Source: Vicugna vicugna (taxonomy: Eukaryota). From it: a stretch of DNA of 64,000 nucleotides. Shown here in pieces: positions 10,776 to 23,644 of this stretch. The stretch spans positions 1 to 64,000 of the forward strand of contig MU058221.1 in the NCBI GenBank assembly GCA_013265495.1. The letters run 5' to 3'. Below the pieces are notes generated by a model. It had not been told where the DNA came from, searched no databases, and saw only the letters and a list, made by a program, of their open reading frames with translations. Every line of letters begins with the position of its first letter. The first letter of the stretch is position 1. The translations under genes and the position numbers were made by a program.

Positions 10776-13700
10776 TCCTGGTGATTCTTGAAGACATCTG
10801 GCTCCTGTCTGTGTGCACTTGGTTGATCAAGCGTTGTCCTGAAGCTGAGACCACGGTGGATCCTGAAGAGACCCAGCCTCCACCAGCCCCACAAGAAGCC
10901 AGGTTCCCACAGAAGCCAAACCCACCAGTGAGACACGTGCACCTTGAGGGTCAGAAAGACAGTTTGGCAGTTTTTTCTAAAGCTATTCAAGGCTCACCTG
11001 AGAATTCAACATTGCACCTCTAGTATTTAGACAATTACTTTGAAAAAGTGTTCAAACAAAAACTAGCATGCAATTATGCACAGCAACTCTACTCATAATG
11101 GCAAAACTTTAAAATATGAGGATGTCCTTCTGTGCATGAATACATAAGCAAGCTGGCGCACACCCTTGGAAAGAGGGCTAGTGACACTCTGAAATATATC
11201 TCTTTGGCATAAAGATTACAATGGGTAGATTTCTTAAAAAATAAGACACATGAAACTCTATGATACCCAAGTCAAGACTGCATTTTGTGAGGCAAATTTA
11301 CATTTATAAGGAAAATCTCCACTTGAAAAGTAATCTCCCTTTCTCTGCCAGGAAAAGAAGGAAGATTAAACCTCAGGAAACTTGTCAATAGAGAAGGCTA
11401 AGATTTAAATCTACGTAATGAACATAACCTTCCTTTCTTTTGGTATTAGAGAAAGATAGCATTTCAGGTGATGTATTGGGCCATCTCAGGGAATTACTCA
11501 ATTTCCTGGGCATCTCCCATGCTGGAAGTAGGCACACAAGTTCTTGAATTTGTTTGTACAATTATGTAAAAGTAGTTAATACCACAGAAATGTGTACTTG
11601 AAATGATTTCAATTAAAAGTGTCATATTATGTATTTTTAATCACAATGAAAATAATGTAGGAATGTAGTACTGATACTATTTACACCATTAATAAACACT
11701 GAAAAGCTCCCTAGTGAAAAAAGCCATAAATTTCTCCCATATCACATGGGCATCATGTGTGCTTTAAATCCGTCAAGGTTGTCAAAATAGGAGTCTCAGT
11801 AACAAACCCAGAAAAAGAAAACAAGCAGCTGGACCAAGTGGTGGCAGCTGAAGGGGGCCAGCGGGTCACACAATAATGTGGAAGCCACATGGCTTCTTCA
11901 CTGGTGGTTATATGACGGCTCCTCAGGAGACTATCCCTGTTTTGGGTAAAACACCCTACAGTATTTTGTATAAAGTGGCAACAGTGAGTAGTGTTTACCA
12001 TCATAGAAATTACTGGAAAGTCCATTACTTTTCAAAACAACCATATCAATACCACGGCAGAGAAGTTGATAAGACAGACATCAAACCTTGGTATAGAAGC
12101 CAAGACTCACCCAGACCAAGGATGATGCTCATGCCCTTGTAGGAGTCCACTTGTTATTAAGAGGCACTGTGGGATGAGTACACCCGTAGCCACCGAGTCT
12201 TGGGTCCTGTGCACGACCTGGGATGCAGGAGAAACAGTGAGATTTTAACATTACAGTTTTCCACAACACTTAACAAGCAGTTGTTAAAATAAATAAATTC
12301 AGTAAAGTTCAATATGAAATCAATGTAGAAAAATCAGTTGCATTTCTATACACTAATAATAACCCATCAGAAGGAAAATTCAAGGAAACAATCACATTTA
12401 TAACTGTATCAAAAAGAACAAAATATCTAGGAATTTAACCAAGGATGTGAAAGACCTGTGCTCAAAAAACTATAAACCATTGAGAAAGAAGTTAAAGAAG
12501 ACAAAAATAAACAGAAAAAATATTCTGTGCTCCTGGGTTAGAAGAATTACTATTATTAAATTATTGATTCTACCCAAAGATATCAACAAATTCACTGCAA
12601 TATCAATATAATATTCCATGATATGTTTCATTGAAATAGAAATAATAATCCTATTATTAATATAGAACAACTAAGGACCCTGAACAGCCAAAGAAGTTCT
12701 GAGAAAGAAGGACACAGCTGGAGGCATCTCCCTCCCTAGCATCAAACTGTATCACGGAGCTGTAGTAACCACAACAGTGAGGAAATAGCACAAGCACAGA
12801 CACACGTATGAGAGTAACTGCATAAAGAGCCCAGAAATAAATCCACATGGCTGTGGTCAGTTAATTCATGAAAATGGGACCAAGGACATACAAAGAGGGA
12901 AGGACACTCCACACAATAAACATTGCCCAGAAAATGGGACACCATGCACCAAAGAACATCACTGGTCACCATCTTGATTGCACACAAAACTAACTAAAAC
13001 CCCACAGTTTTCCACATCAACCTCTTTCTGAGGTTCCTCTGAAGACAGAACTCCCCTGAGCAGTCAGCTGCACACAGGAAGCTTCTCCCGACTTTTTTTT
13101 TTTCTGCTCTTATTGTGCCTTTTCACAGCAATGCCCAAGAAAACTCAGCCCATGACAGCATGGATACAGCCCCACTGTCTAAAAGATGAAGTCCTGACAG
13201 TCCTGAAGAGACCAAGCCCCTGCCGGCTGTGCAAGGGGCCAAGTCCATGGGCAGAATGCACCTGTGCCCTGTGGGTCAGAGGTGGATTTGGTGCTCCGCT
13301 GTGGACGATCAGAAAAGTTCAGGGAATGCTGAGCTCACAAAGCCCAGAGGCCTCACCCTGAATGCAGTTCTGCTGTACGTAGTGCCTTTGGAAATCCAAA
13401 TTGAAACACAGCCAAATAGCTCACTATGCTGTCTCAAAAACTGGCTAAGGAGCAATTAATTAAAAAAGCATATAGAATGAAGAGAACATAGACACAAACT
13501 TTACAACTGATAGCGAAGTTCACTCAAGATTGCCCATAGACAAATTTAAATGGCAAGACTATAAAAGTCTTAAAAGGAAAAGGGAGAAAATCTGTAAGAC
13601 CTTGGGACTGGTGATGAGCTTTAACTCACAACAACAAATGCCTATCTACAGATCAACACAAAATTAATAACGTGGACTTTATAGAACTATAAACTTCTAC

Positions 13701-14774
13701 TCTGTGAAAGGTCTTACTCATAAAGGCAAAAGAGAACCCACACACTAGGAGAAACTATTTGCAAAATGCGTATCTGATAAAGCATTTGTACTCAGATTAT
13801 ACCAATAAAATCTAGAAAAAACAACTCCACTAAAATGGGTAAAGATAGAAACAAACGTCAAGCTAAAGAAGGTATACAGATAGTAAATAATCATGCAAAA
13901 ATATATTCAAGATCCTAGTGGAAAACAGGTATGGCCAACTTTGGATGACAGTTTGGCAGTTTCTCCCAAAGCTAAGCATTCTCAACTTAGAGTCCCCCCA
14001 AAAACCAGCTCTTGAATTTAGACATCTGCTTTGAAAAACTGTTGAAACAAAAACATCAAGTAATGCACAAGAGGTCTATTCATAACGGCTTAGAAACTCA
14101 AGTGATCAGTATGCCCATCTGTAGATGAACTCATAAGTAAAGTAGTGCACATTCATGTCACAGGGAGCATAATATGCCACCCTCCAAATAGGTCTGTAGC
14201 CTAATGACTACTACAATCTGAGTAATTTTCTTTTAAAGACTCCCAAAAAACTGAGTAGAGGTTGCCATTTTGTGAGGGACATTTTCATTTTTTACAGAAA
14301 TATTACAGAAACAATTAAATTAAGTGATCAAGTAAGTGGTAGTGTCACAGGATGGAATGCAGGATGTAACAAAGAATCTGTATTAGAAGTGTGTGAAAAC
14401 ACTCACTGCTGCTGGTGGAGCAGAAGGGGCCAGCCTCAGTAACTGCAGGAATGAACAGAATGTGTAGACTACAGGGAAAACAGCATACTGCACGTAAACA
14501 GTGGGATCTATAAGATCCATCCCACAGGGGCAGGAGCTAAGAACGCTGAAACCACTCATCTGGAGCAGAATGAGAAATGAATTGCATGGACTGAAGATGG
14601 TGGGAACCAGGGTTCTACTGTCTGACTGGGAGTTACAGATAAGCGGGGGGGGAGATGTACACTGTCCATAAGATAATGGATCAAGTTGGAGGCATCAGTA
14701 TAAACCCGTCTTCTGCTTAATATGAATACAGACATTTCCACATAGAAATCTTTACAATTAGGACTGTATACTAT

Positions 14775-15245
14775 TGGGGAGGGGGAAATTTCACTCTCTA
14801 TCCCTCTTGACTTCTTGTGGCTGGACTAATGATAAAACTAACACGAGACAGAGCAGCAGAAGAAAAAGACAATTTAATTCCTACACACAAAAGTCTCATA
14901 GAAATGAGAAGTAAGAGGTAGTAAAAACAGGCTGATTTTCTACATCTAGAAAACTATAAATTTGTTAGGAATTGACAGCCCAAAGAAATGTAGCTTTTGG
15001 GTACTCAATGAAAAACCTAAACAGAGTTTGGGCTTGGGGTGGTAAATTAAAGAAGTTATGAGATGTGTTTATATGCGCCTCTGAACCTTTCACATGACAG
15101 GCTTATTTGCTGCTTTTAGCGAGATAGAGAGGGGGTCAAAGTGTCCCTCTTGCTCTGGCCATTTCTAAGTAACTTAAATTTAAAACACTATGTGGTTGAG
15201 GCAGATTGGGGTGGAGTGGGTGGATGGTGGTCCCTGAGCAACAAC
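14775..15245 (-). mobile_element. Solo LTR (ERV1-like)
   Basis: LTR-like composition interrupting an L1; minus-strand ATTAAA followed by a CT-rich U5-like segment. Confidence 0.5.
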
Positions 15246-16084
15246 AATACACTAAGGTGGGAACACATGCATGCATTTCCTTGCATTGTCAGCTGAGAAC
15301 ATTTTCCTCCCATATGTAAGTTCTTAATACCATTCTTTAATTAAAGGAATCAGGACTCTATGAAGAAATGGTTTATACTAGGACTGAGGCAGTCAATATA
15401 TGAGCCAGGATCATCTTGAATCTTGTATCAGAAAGTAAGGAGGTACCAGGGCGGAAAAACCCAAAATATGGAATGACTTCAAAGGAAACAGGAGCCAATT
15501 AAAGAGTTCTCAGTAGCCAAAGCAGGAATAAACCGAGCAGCCAAACCTGTAGTGCTGGATTATAACCAAAAGACTGAAATAACTATTCAGGTGTCCACAA
15601 TGGTGAAGTTAAATGATGACATAGGTTGTTGGGTTTTCTTGTTGTTGTTGTTGCTGTTTTTTAATAGATGGGATTGAATGGAGAACTCCTATGCAGAAGA
15701 ATTCCTAACAATCCATGACATCCATCAAGGAGGTGGAGCTAAAGCCCCCTCCCCTGAAGTGTAGGTTCCACATAGTGACCTTCTCCTGCTTAGGTCAGAA
15801 GCAAGAAAAGTCCGAGATACCACGGCTGGGCGTGTATCCAGAGCAAAACTCTAATATGGAAAGACACATCCACTAACTGATTTGTTTTTTTTTTTAAACA
15901 CAGTGGGCAACATTAAATTGGGGGGAAAAGTGTGTTTTTCAACAAGTGGTGCCAGACAATTGTCTATCCAGTGAAACTTTTTCATTTCTAAGAGAAATGA
16001 AATTGGATCCTTGCTTCATACCACATGCAAAATTAACTCAAGATACATAAAAAGCTTAAATTTAAAGAGTGGTAAAGTGACAAT

Positions 16085-16420
16085 CAGCCCTCATCTGCTG
16101 ATTCTACATTTGCAGAATCAGTCACCTTCAGATAAAAAAAAATAATAATTTGAGAAAGTTCCATATAGAAAAACTTGAATTTGTGGCATGCCAGAAACTA
16201 TTTAAATAATATTATACTTTCTTCACAATTATTTACATATCATTTACAATGTATTATTTATTATAAGTGATCTAGAGATGATTTTAAATATACAGGAAGA
16301 TGTGCTTAGATTATTTGTAAATACTACACCATTTTATATAATGGATTTGAACACTGACAGATATTTAGTATCCACAAGGTGTCCTGGAACCAATACCTCA
16401 CAGATAGGGAGGGAAGCTGT
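16085..16420 (+). mobile_element. Tigger3/MER2-like DNA transposon MITE
   Basis: Ends ggtgtcctggaaccaatacctcacagatagggagggaagctgta; internal agtgatctagagatgattttaaatatacagg. Confidence 0.7.
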
Positions 16421-19400
16421 ATAAACTCTCAAAGAAACAACGGGGATGAGTCATCATGACATAGGATTTAGCAATTTCTTTAGATCTGATAGCAAACACA
16501 AGCAAGGAAAGAAAAAAATAAATCACCTTTCCTCAAAATTAAAGACTTTGGTACATCAAAGATGCTATCCAGAAACTGAAAAGACAGCACACAAAATCAA
16601 AGAAAATATTTGCACATTATATACTTGAAAAAATTTTATCAAGAATATATCAAGAACTTTAAAACTCATAAAAAGACAAAGCAAACCCATTTTTAACATG
16701 GTAAAAGGACTTAGACCTTTCTCTATATGTAAGCTAAAAAAAATTGTACAGTATATTGTATATATGTATTTACATGTAATATAATGTATATGTGCAGTCA
16801 AACAGTAATAATTCTACCTAATAAAATGAAAAAGAAAAACGCCAATAAATTTAAAAATTAAATATATCTTTTTTAAATAGACCCTTCTCCAGACAAGACA
16901 AATAGTCGACAAGCACAGAAAGGATGTTAAAAATCAGCCGTGATGGAAATGTAAATGAATACCACAATGCCGTCCCTCCTAAGCACACTAGAAGCCCTAC
17001 AGTCAAGAAAACTAAAACAACAAATATTGGCCAAAATGTAGAGAAACTGAAACTTTTAAACGTTACTTGAAAAATTGGAAAATCCTACAGCCCATGTGTC
17101 CAGTTTGTTATTTCCTCAAAAAGATAAAAAGTACAGTTACCTTATGGTTCAACAACTTCACTCCTAGATATAGACCCCAAAACATTAAAAATCGGTGTTC
17201 AAACAAAAAAAAAGGCACACAAATGTTCACAGCAGCACTATGCTCAATGGCCCCAAAGGTAGAACAATTCAAATGTCCATCAAAGGCTAAAGAGATAAAC
17301 AATAGGGTACATCCATAAACTGCCATGTTATTCTGCCATATAAAGGGCTAGAATGGTGCAGCCACAATGGAGAACCATACAGGAGTTCCTCAAAACCTTA
17401 CACATGGGTTGACATGTGATCCATCAATTCCACTTCAGGATATATGTTCAAAATATTTTGAAAGCAGGAACTGGAATAGAAATGGGTACACCCATATCCA
17501 TGGCAGCACTAATCACAACAGCAAAAGGTGGAAATGACTCACCTGTCCATCAGCAGGTAAATGGATAAAGTACATGTGGTATATGCACAGTGGGATACTG
17601 CACAGCCTTAAAAACTAAGGAAATTATGACACATGCTGCAATGTGAATAAATCTTGAAGTCACTATGCTAAGTGAAACAAGCCAGACACAGAAGGACAAA
17701 TATTACAGGATTCCCCTTGTACAAGGCATCCAGAGAAGTCAAATGCGGAGACAGAAAGAGTGTCCTTGCCAGGGGCTGAGGGGAGTCAGTGTTCACTGGA
17801 CACAGGGCTTCACTTGGGGAAAATGAGTAAGTTCTGGAGACAGATGGTGAGGCATCTGTACAACAATGTGAATTTAGTGAATACCACAGAACTGCATAGT
17901 TAAATGCTTTAAATGATAAATGCTATGTTCCGTATTTTTAATGACAGTGAAAAATGTGAATGAATCACTAATGAATCAAATTGGATAAAGACTGAAAACA
18001 TTCTAAGTGAAAGGAGACACACAGAAGAGGCCACCCAGATCATATTCATCTTGTGCACTTTAAATCCATTAAGATTTTGAAAAAGAGGGAAACCCTCAGT
18101 AATAGTTTCAGAAAAAGAAAACTGGCACAGAATGGAAAAGGGATTTCCATAAGTTGGGGCAAAGGGGAAGGCTGAAGTGGGCCTGTGGCTGAGGTTACAA
18201 GGTGAACCATACAATCTCTTCACTTGGGGTTTATGTGCTGGGTCCCTGGGGGAGTACCCCAGTGTTAGGTAAGACCCACTGGAGTGTTCCATGTGAGGGG
18301 GCAAATGCGAGTACTGCGTGATGCTATTTAAAGTATTTTATATGGAACTTTGTAAGAAAACTTTATTAGAAACTAAATTACTTTTGAAAACAACCATGGC
18401 AACACCACGCCAAAAAAAGCAGAGAAGACATCAGATTTCCTCATAGAGGCCCACCCTTAACGCGATCCAGTTCACCCAAAGTGCTGATGCTCATCGTCCT
18501 TGCAGGAGTCCACAGGTAATTTAGAGGCACCGTGGGAAGATTAGGAACCACTGTGTTTTAGGTGCTGTGGATGACCTGGATGGAGTCCAAACAGGGCGAT
18601 TTCTGATTTCTAGTTTTCTACATCAAACCATCAAAAAACTGTTAGGACTAATGAATGATTTCAGTACAGTTACAAAATACAAAATCAATACACAAAAATC
18701 AGTTGTCTTCCTATACATTAATAATGAAACATGAGAAAGAGACATTTTTTAAAATCCCATTTACAATTGCATCCAAAATATACCTAGGAATACATTTAAT
18801 CAAGGGTGTGAAAGACCTGCACACTGAAAATTATAAGACACTGAGGAAAGAAACTGAACAGACACAAATAAATGAAAGGATAGCCTCTGTTCATGGACAG
18901 AACGAATCAATGTTGTTAAAATGCCCATTCTACCCAAGGCAGTGCTCAAACTCAAAGCAAGCCTCGTCAAATCATTATGCCCTACACCAGAAAATAACAG
19001 AACATCGTGACTTGACTGCACTTCAATAAAATAAAATAAACTTCAGTGGCATTTTTCTCAGAAACAGAACAAACATTCCTAACATTCACGTGGAAACACA
19101 AAGGACCCTGAACAGCCAGAGAGATTCTACAAAAGGGAAACAGGCTGGAGGCATCTCCCTCCCTGACTTCACACGGCATTACAAAAGCACAGTCACCAAA
19201 ACATTGTGGAATTGGCACAACAGGGACATGGACCAGAGAGAGTCTGCAAACAAACCTACGGGTGTGTGGTCAGTTAACTCACAAGAAAGGAGCCAGGAGC
19301 CTGCACCGGGGAAAGGACAGTCCCCTCGATGAATGGCGCTGGGAAACTGGACACCACACAGCAAAGAAGGACACGGCACAGTGTCTGCACCACACACAGA

Positions 19401-19939
19401 ACCTGACTAAAGCCCACAGCATCCCACATCCAGCCCTTCCTCCCCCGGGGCCTCTGAGGAGGGCCTCCCCTCAGCCGTCAGCCCCTCACGGAAAGCTTCT
19501 CCTCACTTTCCCTCACTTTTCCTTCCTCCTCACCTTCCCTCAGTGCAGCACCTCCTGTTGGGTCCTGAGGAGACTGGGCTCCAGTCAGCGTGGACATAAC
19601 CCCCTGTTGTCCCGAAGCCCCGGCGGGTCCAAAGGAGATGTGGCTCCAGGCAGCTGCGCAGGACGCCAGATCCTCAGGCAGAACGCAGGTGAGTTCCCGC
19701 CGCAGCTGGGGGAGGCGGGCTCTGGGCCCCGCCAGCCAATGGGAAAGCGCGGACCCAGCCGCCCTCACAGCCAGCGGAGGCCCCGCCCTGACAGCAGCTC
19801 TGCTCTGTCCTTTACACTGGAAATTCAGACTGAAATACAGCCAAATATCCATAGCTTCTCCAAATACTTAAGAAACAATCAATTGGAAGCCATATGGAAT
19901 GAAGTGAACGGAGACACAAACTTTAAACTTTACATCCTT

Positions 19940-20208
19940 GTTTATTGAGCTTTCATGATAACCTGCCATAAATGACTTCCTCCCTCCCCAAGGCCTTGCT
20001 TTTGTTTTTAGCTGAAGGTGATATTTAAATGATGCTTTTGGCCATTTCAGGAATGGACTCAGTTTTCTTGGGTATCTCCCCTGTATACAGGATGTATGCA
20101 TGTTATTAAACTTGCTTCTTCTTCTCCCTGTAATCTGTCTTATGGGAGGGAGGGCAGTGTTAACCAAGGACCTAGAAGGAGAGAGGGAAAACTTGTTTTT
20201 CTCCCACA
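19940..20208 (+). mobile_element. Partial LTR
   Basis: gcatgttattaaacttgcttctt...gggaaaacttgtttttctcccacaca; a related fragment lies at ~11190-11560. Confidence 0.5.
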
Positions 20209-23200
20209 CATGCAGTGGAATACTACTCAGCAATAGAAATTAAGCCATCAACCCACAGAAAGACATGGGTAAATCTTACTTGTATATTTACTAAGTGAAA
20301 GAATCCAGTCTGAGGAGGCCTCACACTGTATGATCCTATTTATGACAATCATGGAAAAGGCACAATTATATACATGAGCAGATCATAGGATGGGGTTGGG
20401 GGTTGAAGTATCCCATGTGAAACTTTAGGTTGGTGTCACTGTAAGTATGTCTAAGCCCACACCTTTGTACAGCCCAAAGGTCAATCATAATCTACTCAAA
20501 TTTAGCTGTTTAGGGTGTAGCAGCATCGCAAGATGGAACACACAATGTGACAGAATCTAACTGTATTAGAAATGGGTGCAAAAACTCAGTCGGTGGTGGG
20601 GCAAGAGGTGCTGACCTCAGTTAACTTTGGAAATGCACAGAATAATTCTGTAAAGGCAGAATGGACCATTGTTAAACTGTGGGCTTTGTATTATAAAGTT
20701 CTTTCCGGGGTGTAGTAGCTAACAATTCTGAAACCACTGTGAATGTAACCTGGAAAAGAGAAATGAGGTGATAAAGGGCAGGTGATGGGAACAAGGATCC
20801 TCGCTGTGGGAATGGGAAGTCACAAATAAGCAAGGGGAGAGCATTGGCCCTCATACTCCTGAATCTGAGCTTCCTGGATAGATGGTGTGGGGAGTGGAAT
20901 GGGAGGGGGAAGACACAATTCTTTACCCTGGGAAGGTCCTGCAGATGTAGGAATCACACACACCTTCCTTTCCCCCATACCTGCTGGAAACACTCAGGCC
21001 TTTGAAATCAGCTAATGCAGCTTTTAAGACATTCTCACCCCAAGGCAGATAAAGGAGCATGAGGGTCTTGCACCACCCCCAAGCTGTCCCAGAATCCAGG
21101 CCCTGGAGGGTGGAGCCAGGATGGGGTACCTGGATCTCTGACCAGCAGGCCAAAGCAAGGAAGAAGACCAGTCCTGAGGGCAGGGGTCTCCTGAAGTCTG
21201 TAAGCCTGGTGCCCTGATGGGATTCATTCCCTGTGGGGACATGGGCGGGGCCTGCAGTGATTCTGTTTTCACCTGTGCCCCTTGGATGAAGCCAAGGCAG
21301 AACTGGACTCAGGGATCCACTGGCAGTGTTTCAGTCTCACACAGTGGCTTTATAAAGGAACAGGAGAGTGATGCTGAGCACCTGATAGCCACTCCTCTCT
21401 GGCTCTGAGCTGCTTCCATCAGGACCACAGTCCCCTGCATGGAGTCTGCTGTAACCCACCTGCCCCCACTCAGCCTCTCCCCTTCCACCCTGTACCCCTC
21501 TTCCATGTCAGATGCATCTGTCTAACCACTTCATCCTCCTCTCAACTTGAGGCTAAGAGGCCTCTCACAGGACTGTGACCCTGCCACTCCCCCCACCCTA
21601 GGAGGCAGCCCTGCCTCCCTTGGTTGCTAAGCCCAGACACCTGGTGTCTCCCAGTCCCCCACTTTCCTTGTGCCTCCATGACAGTCAGCTCTTCCTCCAG
21701 AGCCTGTTCCCGCAGGGCTTCCCCTCTACAGCTCTGGCCCAAGCTAGATATTGTGCCCGGCTCCTCCATCAGGCCCTGACAAAGCTCCTGCCCCAACAGT
21801 GCATCTCACATCCCATCCCAAATTTCTGAAGCATCAATGAGATGGTGACTCTCTCCCACCTGTAACCCCCCAAAGCTGCCCCACTCTGGCTGGGCTGTCT
21901 GCTCAGAGAGACATCTGCTGGGATTCTGAGAGTCCCCAGCACCCCCACTAGGCTGCTGGCTCTTGGGTTCCCTGACACTGAGCACCTCAGCAGGCCAGGT
22001 GACACCGCCCAAAACCCCAGAACTGCTCACCTCAGGAGGGACTGGCACTGCAGCTGCTCCAACAGAGAGAGCCGAGAAGGGCTCCCCAGCTGAGACACAA
22101 ACACTCTCCTCCTTTGTCTTTACTCTAAAATCAAATCCCTCTCACCATGGGGGTGAGAAGTTGATCTGCTCCAGTCTTTGACCACTGAATAAAGCTTGTG
22201 CTGCACTGATATCAGCTTCAGTTTTGTTCTTTGGCTGCACAAGCCCAAACTATTATCTATTCTACACTTTCTTATAATTATTTTAATTCTTATTCCTGAA
22301 AAAGGAGAACAAGCTGGAAGCATCTCCCTCCCTGACTTCACACTACATGAAGCTAGTCACAAAAGCAGCATGGAATTGGCACAAAAACAGGCACGTGGAC
22401 CAGAGGAATAGAATGGAGAGCCCTGAAACAAATCCATGGGGACTAGGTCAGTTAAAGTATGACAAAGGGGCTCAGACACAGCAGGAGGAAAGGACGGCCC
22501 CCACAAGAAGCTGTGCTGGGGAAACTGGACACCACATGCCATCTACACTGCATACAAAACTTGTAAAACCTGCTTTTACACACCAAGCCCTTCCTGGCCA
22601 TCTGAAGACCACCCCCCACAAGCCATCAGCTGCACACAGGGAGCTTCTCCCCATCTTTCCTCACCTGTTCATCCCGGCAGCACCTGAGTCATCGGGAAAC
22701 CCAGCTCCTGTCTGCATGGACACTGCCCAGTGTGGTCTTGAAGCCATAGCTGGGGTGGGTCCCAAGGAGACCAAGCTCCTGCTGCAGACACTGACCTGCA
22801 GCATGTCCCAACCTGCAGCCCTGGTGGTAAACGAGGAGACAAACTCCTCTCAGCTGCGTGCAGAGCCAACTCCACGTGGGACGCGCGTGCCCCATGGTCA
22901 GTGCGGGACATGCAGGCCCCTCTCACAGTCCACTGGAGACAGCACCCCCCTGCTGGGGAAACTGCTGAACCCATTAAACTGGAAATTCAAACTGAAATGG
23001 AAACAAAATCCCTTACTTCTCCAAAACAGTTAAGGAACAATTCATTGGAGACCGTATGGAATGAAACGAATGCAGATGCAAACATTACAACTTACACCAC
23101 ATTAGTCAAAATTATTCATAGACAAATTTCTAATGCAAAGCTATTCAAAATTATAGAAGGAAACAGAAGAGAATCACCATGAGCTTGGGTTTGGTCATGT

Positions 23201-23644
23201 AGATCGTGAGCTTTGAGTTTTAACACAACACAGAAAGGCAATCCAGAAAGAAACTCAAGGAATATCATTAACTTTATAAAATTAAAGATTTCTACTCTGT
23301 GAAAGACCTTATTCAGAAAATCAAAAGGCAAGTCGCAAACTGGAAGACAAAGAGTTGCAAACACACATCTAATAAAGGATTTGTCTTAAAATATAAAGAA
23401 CTCTAATACAGAGCACCCCGTTAAAGATAGGGCAAGATCTAAAGGACACCTGGCCAAAGAAGATACACAGGTAGTACACAAAAATACGCCCGGGACCCCG
23501 TGGGGCAGGGATTGGGTGCAGAAAAAGCAATGGTCCAGCTCAGCTCCCTGAGCCATATATCACCCTGCACTGGTCCTGTCCTTCCTGGAGGCCTCAGAGT
23601 GATGGAGGCGGAGGGAGGGGAAGAGGGCCAGTTATGCACAAACC

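Larger units (their letters stand above)
8190..23450 (+). repeat. Diverged tandem segmental array of L1-mosaic units (about 4 partial copies)
   Basis: Shared markers recur in the same order: ccttg(c/t)agga(g/a)tc at ~9566, ~12136, ~18499; then an L1 ORF2 piece; then a GC-rich segment with cac...g(g/a)agc(t/c)tctcc at ~10530, ~13072, ~19488, ~22635. Region 8190-9700 resembles 17150-18640. Confidence 0.85.

Noticed and set aside
19262..19948. 228-aa ORF equal in length to the ORF at 22347-23033
   Set aside because: The two are in non-homologous frames and both begin inside L1 sequence; the equal length looks coincidental.
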